Shown here: positions 20,055-29,395 of the stretch, piece after piece | Layout: each line of letters opens with the position of its first letter | Numbering within the stretch: position 1 is the stretch's first letter | From: an uncultured delta proteobacterium | GTDB taxonomy: Bacteria; Myxococcota; Myxococcia; Myxococcales; Myxococcaceae | Assembly: GCA_963771175.1 (NCBI GenBank) | Contig: CAVYSY010000028.1 | Location: 64,001-128,000, forward strand | Reading direction: 5' to 3' | Length of the DNA stretch: 64,000 nucleotides | The notes under the pieces: generated by a model | What the model was told of the DNA's origin: nothing | The model's input: only the letters and a program-made list of their open reading frames with translations | Databases searched by the model: none | Translations under genes and position numbers: made by a program

Positions 20055-20615
20055 TCAGCGGGAGGGGAGCCGGCGGAAGGACTCCGGGTAGTCGAGCACG
20101 AGCCCGCTGGAGTCGACGCACAGCTCGGCGCGGTAGCCGGACTCGAGGCTCTCGAAGAGGTAGAGCTCGGGGCCGAGGCAGATGTAGCGCTGGCGAGCGC
20201 GGCGGACGGTGAGATCGGGCACGGAGAGGAAGACGACCAGCACGTCATCGGACGAGTCGGGCGCGAGCCCCAGCCGGCGGATGGGGAGGGTGTTGGTGAA
20301 GGGGGTGACGGAGATGTCCACGTCGATGCAGCCGTCGAGCTCCGGCAGGGGCCGACCCTTGTCGTCACTCCACAGGCCCGCGCCGTCGGAGTGAAGGGAG
20401 AGGCGCGAGTCACTGCCGAGGAGGGCGAGCTCCACCTCGCGGACGCGGCAGGCGGAGTCGGCGCGCAAGTAGTAGCGAAGGGAGAAGGGGCGCCCCTGGT
20501 CCGAGACACCCTCGACGGAGCTGTGCGCGGTGAGACCCTTGGGGGCCTCACGCAGCACCAGGTGCTCGTGACCCGGGCCGGACCAGGGGGCCCAGGCGAC
20601 GTGTTGCTCGTTCAT
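20055..20615 (-). CDS. Putative glycolipid-binding domain (DUF1089) protein
   Basis: LDGCIDVDISVTPFTNTLPIRRLGL, QRY, GLVLDYP. Confidence 0.88.
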   Translation of the reverse strand: MNEQHVAWAPWSGPGHEHLVLREAPKGLTAHSSVEGVSDQGRPFSLRYYLRADSACRVREVELALLGSDSRLSLHSDGAGLWSDDKGRPLPELDGCIDVDISVTPFTNTLPIRRLGLAPDSSDDVLVVFLSVPDLTVRRARQRYICLGPELYLFESLESGYRAELCVDSSGLVLDYPESFRRLPSR

Positions 20616-20637
20616 TCTCGGGCGCAGCATACGGGAG
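20540..20637. repeat. Direct repeat, copy A (5' end and leader of the DUF1089 gene)
   Basis: Matches 22702-22798 with two substitutions and one indel. Confidence 0.92.
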
Positions 20638-20648
20638 ACTGGCTCATT

Positions 20649-21703
20649 TCAGTCGAGGAAGCGTCTCCACCAGCGCCGGGCCTCATCCTCGGTGAAGCGA
20701 AGCGAGGTGTACCGGGGCGGCTCAACGGCCCCCAGGCTCCACGGCAGGAACAGCGGCTCGAGCCAGGGCTCCAGCACCTGGGCGAGCTCGCGGTACGCGG
20801 GAAGGGTCTTCCCGGTGGCCAGGTCTCCGGCTTCCGGCCGCTCTCCCAGGGACACGACGACGCGATTCCCGGCGAGCTCCACCAGCGTCGTCTCGGAGGT
20901 GTGCAGGCGGGAACGAAGGGCCGCGGCGCCGCCGAGCCGGGTGAGAACGGAGGGGCCGAGGAAGTTGAGCCAGTGGACTCCATCCACCCGAAGGCCCATG
21001 GATTGCGCGGGGCCCCAGACAGTTCGGAGGTCGATGCCAGGGTAGCGCAGGGCCTCGGCGCGCAAGGCGTCGTTCGAGCGCCGGAAGAGCCCGGGATAGG
21101 GGTGAAGGGCCAGGCCGGCATGCCCGGAGGCGAAGAGAAGCCCGGAGGTCATGTCGAGGACCAGCTCCCGCACGCGTGCGGGCCCGTGCTCCTCGACATA
21201 CTCCATGGGAAGTGTCGCCGTGAGCAGGCTCACGAACCCGTCTTCGGGGGCAGGCCGCCACGGAATGCGAGCCCGGTACTCGAGCTCATAGCCATTTCGA
21301 CTGGCGAGGCCTCCGGTGAAGAGCAGGCCCCTCTCGAAGCCTCGCTTCTCGATCTGCACCTGCTCTCTGTCGTTGAAGTCATCCGGGAAGGACCAGGGCT
21401 TCGTGTCCTCCAAGAGCCGGCGAACCCAAATCCATCCTCCTCGGTCAGGCGCGAGCCTTCGCTGTAATCGATGTGAACGAAATTGATCGTCCTGGGCCCT
21501 TCGCCAACGGCACGCATGTAGCTGTCGATGGCATGACTCACTCCGACGGAGAGCTCGGGGTGGTCGTGCGGCAGGTAGAAGGCAAGGCGGAACACCTCGC
21601 GCGCAAGCAACTCTCGCCGCGGGTACGGCACGTCGCCGTCAGGAGGCTTCCAACCCCAGGGATTGGGGCCACGCAGGCGAAGACGTGGGTAGCAACCCGT
21701 CAC
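20649..21703 (-). CDS. DUF3396 (TsiV-like) immunity protein; one frameshift
   Basis: LPMEY, SGHAG, RYPGID, GVHWLNFLG, PEAGD, LPAYRELA, ARRWWRRFLD. Confidence 0.85.
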
Positions 21704-22629
21704 GGATTACCCCCAAACGGCTTGAGCCCAACCGGTGTCAGGAGGACCACCCGGCAACTCTTGGAGAGTTTCTGGTAGACCTCCAATTGCTCCTGCACCC
21801 CAGGAGACCTCATCGGATCGAGTTTGTGTCTTTCATAGCAAGGGAACTTGAATTCGTAGACACACTGCATGTCGGTGGCGTTCCGGGTGGCATGCACGTA
21901 CGACGTCAGGCTGAGAGACCCAGGACTTGTTATTCGTGAGGAGGGCGCCATTGACATCAGCGTCTCCCTTGTAGCGCGGCTCAATGGAGAAGTTGCCGCG
22001 AAGCTCCTCCGGGAGGCGAGCCTTGATGCAGGCGAAGGCGGCGGCGTGCTTCAAGCCCCAAGCTCCTGGGCGAGGGTGATGCGGCCTCCCACCCTCATCG
22101 ACCCCACGTGCCGGTCACACTCAGTGTCGTTCGGGAACTTTCCATTCTTGAATTTGAAGCCGCCCTCGCGCTGCTGGTAGGTCTCGTTGACGTCGGCGTG
22201 GGCCTGCGCCACACACTCCCGAAGAGTGGCTTCGACGAGATCCAACTCCGCGCCAGTGAGGAGCCGCTGAACGGTGAGGAGGCCCTGGGCGGCCTCCAGG
22301 GTCTGGACGACGCCCTCGACGAGCCCGGAGCCAGTCCGAGAGACCGCTGGCGCGAGAAGCTCCCCCGTGCTCGGGTTGACCGGGGCGGCACACGTCACGC
22401 CACACGACTGGTTGAATCGAGAGCGCTCCCCGTTGAGCTGCCCTCCCCAGGCGGACTGAGGCCCTAAGCGAGCCGAGCGGCCGGAGAGCACCGTGCCGAG
22501 GTTGTCGCGCGGTGCGTGCGGGGTGGTGGAGCAGGAGAGGCAGAGGAGCGCGGCGGTCGAGATGGCGAGGAGGAACCGCGAGGGCGACGGAGCCCGAATC
22601 GAGCGTGAGCCAGTTTGAAGAGAGGACAC
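21700..22629 (-). CDS. Lipoprotein toxin with PD-(D/E)xK (VRR-NUC/TseV-like) C-terminus; frameshifted
   Basis: Lipobox CLSC; G..KH, EPRY, PDVV.H, VYEFKFPC, EQ...Y; stop overlaps the DUF3396 start. Confidence 0.72.
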
Positions 22630-22701
22630 CGCACATTCTCCAGGTCATGTCACAAGTGTCACAAGGCATCCACTCCACAGCGAAGCGCAGGGAGCGGCGC
22701 G

Positions 22702-22798
22702 TGGGGGCCTCACGCAGCACCAGGTGCTCGTGACCCGGGCCGGACAGGGGGCCCAGGCGACGTGTTGCCCGTTCATTCTCGGGCGCAGCATCCGGGAG
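22702..22798. repeat. Direct repeat, copy B (truncated DUF1089 5' end)
   Basis: Encodes MNGQHVAWAP.. then diverges. Confidence 0.92.
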
Positions 22799-22967
22799 CC
22801 CCGGCCCAGGGCAACCTGCACGCGCAGGCTCATGTGCCCACCGGGTTGCTCGCCGCGTCTGGAGTGGTCATAAGGTGCCCGGGAGTGAACCAACCGCTAA
22901 CGTAGCGCTGGACGAGGTGACCGGATGAGTGGTGTGCTGGCCGCGCGTCACTCCTTTGAACCTCCGA

Positions 22968-24173
22968 ATGAGAACGATCAGAACGAAGACCGCGATCAAG
23001 GTGCTGGCACAGTCGGACATTTCGCTTTTCAAGGCCCATCAGAGACTCTCCAACCAGAGGGCGCTCACTCTCAATAGTGAGGTCTTCATCGAGCGGTTCT
23101 ACCCGGGGCTCCGGGGCTCCTATGAGCCCGTGCTCTTTCCCTTGACGATCATCGGACCCGGGGCAAGGGGAGCTCACCAACTGACGCGCATGGCCATGCG
23201 CTCACCGGGAGCAAGGGACTGGCACATCAAGGGCGAGCCCATCCATGACCCGGCCGAAGAGCCGGGTCGCTACGACCAGATCGCGAAAAACGACTTCGCC
23301 CTCATGGCCTTCGGAGGCACCGAGCAACCGCAAGCCGTGACGATCATCCTCGTCTCGGCCGCCGAGGACGCCGAACTGCACGCCGCCATCGCAGCCCGCT
23401 TCGAGTTGCCCACACAGCACACCATGATAGAGGTCTCGGAGATAGCCATTGAGCATCTACGGGCCACCACCCTCGATGCCTATCCCGACAACGAGCACCC
23501 GCTCGACCTGCTCATCTCGGGCGATACGGTTGAAGATGTGCTTTTCGCCACCGGAACTCCCCGCCCTACCAACGCGCGGCCCCTCCGTCATCCGGTAGCG
23601 GTATCCCCCGAGAACCTTCTCCAACAACTTCTCGCTGCCCTGGAGACCACTCGAAGAGGCGAAGAGCTCTTCGGGGTCTGGCTCACCGCCACTGGCCACG
23701 AAGAAGACGACTTCAAGTGGGTTTCACAGACCCATGCGCGCTCAGCGTACGACTACGAGGTGTACGCAGCCAGGTGGCTCAACCCCGCAGTGCATGCCTA
23801 TGTCGAGGTGAAGACGACGTGCGGGCCCTTCAAGCGGCCAATACACATGAGTCTCACCGAACTGCGATTCGCGGCGGAGACGGAGAACTATCGTATCGCG
23901 CGCCTGTACAAGCTCGATGATGAGACGCCGAAACTCCGAATCCTCACCGGCGTCCAGGCCGTTGCCGTGCGGCTCATTGAGAAGCTCGGCGCTCTTCCAG
24001 ATGGAGTTGCAGCCGACAGCCTGCAAATCGATCCGGGTGTGTTCGAGGTCGAGCTGGAGACGAACCTCCCATCGCCAAAATCCCTTGGATCAGACGAGAC
24101 TCTCCTCGTCCCTGGGAGCCGCTCCGTCGAGTTCGCGTCGGATCTCGGGAGGAAGGGGCCGGTCCAATTCTAG
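22968..24173 (+). CDS. Putative endonuclease: B3/EcoRII-N-like N-terminus + DUF3883 (PD-(D/E)xK) C-terminus
   Basis: AIKVLAQSD at the N-terminus; GEE..WVS..AYDY..YVEVKTT..HMSLTE; lower GC. Confidence 0.7.
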   Translation: MRTIRTKTAIKVLAQSDISLFKAHQRLSNQRALTLNSEVFIERFYPGLRGSYEPVLFPLTIIGPGARGAHQLTRMAMRSPGARDWHIKGEPIHDPAEEPGRYDQIAKNDFALMAFGGTEQPQAVTIILVSAAEDAELHAAIAARFELPTQHTMIEVSEIAIEHLRATTLDAYPDNEHPLDLLISGDTVEDVLFATGTPRPTNARPLRHPVAVSPENLLQQLLAALETTRRGEELFGVWLTATGHEEDDFKWVSQTHARSAYDYEVYAARWLNPAVHAYVEVKTTCGPFKRPIHMSLTELRFAAETENYRIARLYKLDDETPKLRILTGVQAVAVRLIEKLGALPDGVAADSLQIDPGVFEVELETNLPSPKSLGSDETLLVPGSRSVEFASDLGRKGPVQF

Positions 24174-26861
24174 AGCGACGGTCATGGGAGCATCCCCATC
24201 GGCGCCAACGACCTTGACCTCACCCAGGTAGAGAGCGGGCTCGTGCGAGCGTCCCTGGACGAACAGGTGCAGCGTCGAGCCGCGCTCTTCATGTTCGAGC
24301 ACCCTCCGACCGACCTCGTTCGTCCGCGTCATCTTGTTCTGGCTGGTCCACGAGAAGCGCTGCTCCGAGATGAACCGATTGCGATAGCGATGCGTCTCCT
24401 TCGCCGTGCTCGTATCGAGCTTGGTAATGATGACGCCATGCTGCTCGAACCAGAGAATGCCCGCGTTGTGGCGCGCGGGGTCGTACTGCCTCCCAAAGTA
24501 ACGGACGATTTCCGGCCGGGTGTATTGCGCGTAGCGCGACAGATCCGCCGGCGTGCGGAGTACGCCGCCATGGCGCTCCTGGTGGTCCTTGTTCACGGTG
24601 TACAGCAGGCGGCCCTCCACCTGTGGCAGCAATTCCGGGCCGAGCGCCGCGATGATGGACCTCGCCAGCTGAGTCCCGGTGAGCACCTCCGACGGTACTT
24701 TCTTGCGAAGCGTCTCCCAGGTCCGAGACGTGTCGTCGAGCGGCGCGTGCTCGGCTTGCCATTGTGGGTACTTGCGGAAGAACTCCTCGTAACCGGACTG
24801 TGGGTCGTCAGGACGCGCGGCCAGTCCCCAGAGAATCGCGTAAGGGCCAACGCGTTGGGCCTGCCAGTCGGTCTCGGCTGCCGCGAGGAGGAGCTGGGCG
24901 GGATGCTCCTCCGGGAGCCCCTTCGCCCATGCGGGGAGATCCCCGTGGGCCTGCTGGCACTCCAGCCATGAGCCGTAAGCCGCGCGGAAGTCACTGAGCT
25001 CCGGCAACTCCTCCCGGTGCCAAAGGTCGACGGGAAGCGGTGGCCGACCCAGCTCGCCACGGAGCGTGAGGTAGGCTTCAGCACAGCGCTCCCGTCGGGT
25101 CGTATGCCGGCGAATCTTGGCGAGGAGCTCTCGTGTGCGTTTCTGGAGGACGACCTCGCAAGCCCGCGGCGGCTTCAGGGTGAATCCCTCGACGACGTCG
25201 AGGCGCGCCCCCGTCCCCTTCGGGTCATGCAGCGCCTTCAACGTGACCCACGCACTCCGGTGATGGCCCACGAAGTCGAGGACCGTCAGGACCTCCGTTC
25301 CCGGAAAGAGGCGCAGCCCTCGCCCGAGCTGCTGGAGGAACAGCGAGGCCGAGTCCGTCGGCCTCAGGAAGAGGAGCGAGTTGATGGCCGGGATGTCGAC
25401 ACCCTCGTTCAGGACGTCGGCGACGAACAGCCACTCGAGTGGATCCCTTACGTCCGCCAGCCGGGCGTAGATGCGTTCGCGCTCCTGGATCGACAGATTC
25501 CCCGAGACGGCCACGGCGTCTTGATGCCGTCGCTTGAAGGCCTCGGCCATGAACTCCGCATGACGGATGCTGGCACAGAAGCCAACGGTCGCACGCTTCG
25601 GCCCATCGAAGCCGCGCATCAGTGCCTGTTCGAGCACCAACTCGGCGCGCGCATCGATTGAAAGCTCCCGCTCCAGGACGTCGATGGGAATCTTCCCGTT
25701 ACGCCAGGGAATCCGCGCGAAGTCGACCGTCTCGTCCGCGATGCCGAAGTAATGGAACGGAAGGAGCCAGCCACGATCGACCGCCTCGGGCAGACGCATC
25801 TCGTAGGCGATGTTCCAGTTGCACCACTCGAGCACGTCATGCCCATCCTGGCGCTCGGGGGTTGCCGTCATCCCGAGGAGGAATGCGTCCTCGACGAGCG
25901 CGCGGAGCGGCTGGTAGCCCGGAGCTTCCGCGTGGTGGAACTCATCGATGATGACGTAGTCCCAGCGACGGCTGAGCAGCGAGTCGTTACCGCGAAGGCT
26001 CTGGATGGTCGCGAAGATGATCTCCGCGTCCACGTCCTCCTGACCCCCACCGACGAGCCCGAGGCGACGGTCGCGGAGCACGCGGCCAAAAGCCCTGCGG
26101 GCCTGCGTCAGGTGTTCGAGACGATGCGAGACATACAGGACACGTCGCGCCCGACTCGCGGCGACATCGAATGCAGCCAGGAACGTCTTCCCCAGGCCGG
26201 TGGCGGCGATCACCGCGGCACGACGCTCCCCGCGTGCACGGAGCTCGGCCAGCTTCCGCAAGGCCTCGCGCTGCGCCGAATTGGGCTCGGGTGCCGGCTC
26301 CAACTGATCGGCGGCCACCAGGAAGGGCCTGGGCGCGCTCTCGGGTCGTCGGCGCAGGCGGTAGCCGTGAATCAGCTCGCGTGAGAGGGGCCGCACATCC
26401 GAGCGACTCCAGAGCGCCTCGAATTGCCGCTGGGTCTGCTCGATGCGAGCCCGCTCCAGGGAACGGATGTTCCACTCCAGGTTGGTGGCGAGCCCACCCT
26501 TGGTGAGGTTGGAGGAGCCCGCCCAGCATTCCGCGCCAGTGCTCCCGCGAAACCACCAGAACTTCGCGTGGAAGCCGGTCGGGCCTTCCTGGACCCGGCA
26601 TTCAACGCCTTTCATTCCCAGGAGCGCCTCCAGCGCCTCGGGCTGCGTCACGTCCTGGTAGGTGGACGTGAGAATCCTCACGCGGCCTCTCCTGGCGACC
26701 AGCTCTTGGAGGGGATCGACGAGGAGTTGCAACCCGCTGCACCGGGTGAAGGAGACGGCGAGCAGTGCCTCTTCCGCCCCCGCGAGGCCCCCGCGCACGG
26801 CATCGAGCATGCGGGGCTCGCCGGGGAGGTTCAGGATGGAGTGCTCTGGGTCCGCAAGCAT
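24090..26861 (-). CDS. PLD nuclease-SF2 helicase-DUF3427 protein (SauUSI-like)
   Basis: FHAK and GSSNLT...NLEWN; ATGLGKT, DEFHH, TATPER, NEGVDIP, QQLGRGLR; YRNRF...FSWTSQN. Confidence 0.88.
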   Translation of the reverse strand: MLADPEHSILNLPGEPRMLDAVRGGLAGAEEALLAVSFTRCSGLQLLVDPLQELVARRGRVRILTSTYQDVTQPEALEALLGMKGVECRVQEGPTGFHAKFWWFRGSTGAECWAGSSNLTKGGLATNLEWNIRSLERARIEQTQRQFEALWSRSDVRPLSRELIHGYRLRRRPESAPRPFLVAADQLEPAPEPNSAQREALRKLAELRARGERRAAVIAATGLGKTFLAAFDVAASRARRVLYVSHRLEHLTQARRAFGRVLRDRRLGLVGGGQEDVDAEIIFATIQSLRGNDSLLSRRWDYVIIDEFHHAEAPGYQPLRALVEDAFLLGMTATPERQDGHDVLEWCNWNIAYEMRLPEAVDRGWLLPFHYFGIADETVDFARIPWRNGKIPIDVLERELSIDARAELVLEQALMRGFDGPKRATVGFCASIRHAEFMAEAFKRRHQDAVAVSGNLSIQERERIYARLADVRDPLEWLFVADVLNEGVDIPAINSLLFLRPTDSASLFLQQLGRGLRLFPGTEVLTVLDFVGHHRSAWVTLKALHDPKGTGARLDVVEGFTLKPPRACEVVLQKRTRELLAKIRRHTTRRERCAEAYLTLRGELGRPPLPVDLWHREELPELSDFRAAYGSWLECQQAHGDLPAWAKGLPEEHPAQLLLAAAETDWQAQRVGPYAILWGLAARPDDPQSGYEEFFRKYPQWQAEHAPLDDTSRTWETLRKKVPSEVLTGTQLARSIIAALGPELLPQVEGRLLYTVNKDHQERHGGVLRTPADLSRYAQYTRPEIVRYFGRQYDPARHNAGILWFEQHGVIITKLDTSTAKETHRYRNRFISEQRFSWTSQNKMTRTNEVGRRVLEHEERGSTLHLFVQGRSHEPALYLGEVKVVGADGDAPMTVALELDRPLPPEIRRELDGAAPRDEESLV

Positions 26862-27023
26862 TACGACCAGGTTAGCTTGCTCCGCCGAGATTCACTCAAG
26901 CCGATCTCCCAGTACTCCTACCAGGCAGAAGCCTCCCCAGGTGCTTGACGGGCGCACTCGCGCCTCCGTGTAGTTCCGGAACCATGGTTTCCGGCCCATG
27001 CGGCTCGCCGGGGGAGGAATGGC

Positions 27024-28714
27024 ATGTCCCGTCGTCCTGGTCCGTACTCGGAGCGCGCGCGGCGGCGTCCCTGGTTGGGCGCCTGGGCTCTCCTCGTGCT
27101 CTTCCTGTTCTCCGCGTGCGCCACGGGCGTGCCTCGCGGCGGCATGATGGCGGGCTACCGCTATCAGGGCGCTCGTGCCCCCACCGGCCCCCCGAGAGCG
27201 AGTGGCCGTCACGGCGGAGCCCGGCCTGGAAGGGGCCACCGTGTACGAGCTGGGCTTCCTGGAGCCCGAGCGCGGTGGCCACCCGGCCGGTGCCCATCCC
27301 TCCGGCCGAGTTCCAGCGGGCCGTGCAGCGGCTCTACCGGGAGGTGCGGCTCGGGGGGAAGACGCCCCGGGAGGCCGCCCGCGAGTTGCTGAGCCTCCTG
27401 CCGCGGCCACCAGGAGAAGAGGAGACGGTGGCGAGCAGGGGGGATTGGCGGATGGAGCTGTACTGGGGCCGGGCCTCCACCCTGGTGCCGGAGAAGCAGG
27501 ACGGCCCGGTGGCCCTCACGCCCGAGGCGGAGGAGACCCTGAGGGCGAAGTACCTCGGGTGGTGTGAGGGGCAGGGCGGCGGCGACTGCCTGGGCCTGTT
27601 GGACGACGGGCCCTACCTTCGCATGGACGACCGGCGGACACTGGCCCTGGCCCTGGCCTTCGGCAACGTGCTCGACGAGACGCGCCAAGCCCTGGCGCGC
27701 GAGCTGCTGGACGTGCGGGCGCTCGTCTCCATGGTCGTCTGGACGGTGGCCCTCTACTGCATGATGTGGCTGGTGCCCGAGCCGACGACCAAGGCCGTGG
27801 CCGCCGGCCTGACCCTCATCCTGGTGGGCTACCTGGGCCTCGAGACGGTGTACGGGCTGATGGACGGGTGGGCCCGCATGGACAACGCGGCCCATGAGGC
27901 CACCACCTTCGAGGAGCTGCGCGCGGCGGGCGAGGCCTTCGGCAAGGTGCTGGGCGAGGACTCGGCGCGGGCGATGATTCTGGCGGTGGCCACGCTCGCG
28001 GGCACACGCTGGGGCAGGTGGCCGCGCGGGTGAAGTCGCTTCCGGGCTACAGCCATGGCGGGGGCGCAGTGGGAGGCGCAGGGCGGGGCGGCACTGCTGG
28101 CGCCCGAAGTGGCGGCGGAGACGGCGCTGGTACAGGAGACGGCGCTGGCCCGGGCGGTGGCGGCGGCGGAGACGGTGGCCACCTCTCCGCAGGGCCCCCT
28201 GGCCGTGGTGATGTTCAAGAAGGGTCCGGGCGGTGGGGCGGGACAGGCTCCGGGAGGCCGCTCCGCCACCACCGTGCTGCGGCACCGGGGCGGCAACCAG
28301 CAGGTGGCGCTCAGCGACGGCCAGCGCTGGCACTTGTCGCGCGGCAAGTCGGTGGCGGACATCCCCGCCGAGGACGAGGTGGGGGACATGCTCCAGGAGG
28401 CCGTCACCCGTGCCGCGAAGGAATGGGGGCCGAACAAGCTTACCCGGACAAGGAGAAAGCCGCCATCAAAGAGGCCTGAAGCAAGGGCGAATACTGGCTG
28501 GCGCGGCTGTTGGAGCGCGAGGCCCGGGGGCGCTTCGTCCACGCCAGGGTCGAAGAGACAGTTCGAGGGGCGCCTCGAGTTCAACCACCAGGGGGTCGAC
28601 GTGATTGACCTCAAGACGGGCCGCAAGTACGAGATTCTCTCCGGAACGGAGTCGAATCTGGCACGGCACGGCCGCCGCATGGCGGGCGAGTTCTTCCGGA
28701 TGCTCACCTTCTGA
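27024..28714 (+). CDS. SitA5-like lipoprotein polymorphic toxin with uncharacterised C-terminal domain; frameshifted
   Basis: Lipobox FSAC; shares YL.WC..GDCL.LL, PEP..K and ATTF.ELR.AGE with 16721-18073. Confidence 0.8.
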
Positions 28715-28725
28715 AAGGGGCGGCC

Positions 28726-29360
28726 ATGGAGTGGCTCGGAGAACGTCATCTTCGAGGACAAGGAGATTGCAAACGAACGGCTGGAGCTGACGGACAAGAG
28801 CTCGCTCTACTTCCTCGGCCCCAACCTGACGCTGCGCAACTGCACCCTCGTCCTGAAGGTGTCCGCCAGACACCTGCACATCCTCGGAGCCCGCCTCATC
28901 GACTGTACCGTCGAGGTGAAGCAGGAACTGAAGAACCACCAGGACTGGATAAGAACCTCCCTCAAGGGCTGTCGGTTCAAGGGGCGGCTGTCGGGGTGCG
29001 ATTTCGGCCACTGGCCCGACTACGCGAGTGGCGAGGAATGGAAGCAGGGATCCATTGAGGACTGCGACTTCACGGAGGCGCGGCTGGATGGCTGCCGCTT
29101 CATGGGCTGTGACCCCCGCCCCCTGACGCTTTCCCAGGTGGCCCTGCTTCACCATCCTGGACCCAATCCAGAGAGCCCCCGAGCTACGCAGCGTCAAGTG
29201 GCCGGGCCTTTTCGGTGACGTCGTTATCGACAGGCTGCACAAGCAGCCACCGGGAACCAGCGCCCTGTCACTATTCGCCCCGGCCGAGGCGAAGCGGTTC
29301 GAAACCACCGAGGAAGAACTCCGGGCCGTCATCGAGAAGTTCGACTGCATCGTCTACTGA
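28726..29360 (+). CDS. Probable immunity protein (pentapeptide/beta-helix-like); frameshifted
   Basis: 11 bp after the toxin; LTLRNCTL, LKGCRFKG.LSGCDFG, IEDCDFTEARLDGCRF. Confidence 0.65.
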
Positions 29361-29395
29361 TGCAGACACTGACGGCCTCGGCTCGGCGCCCCGGT

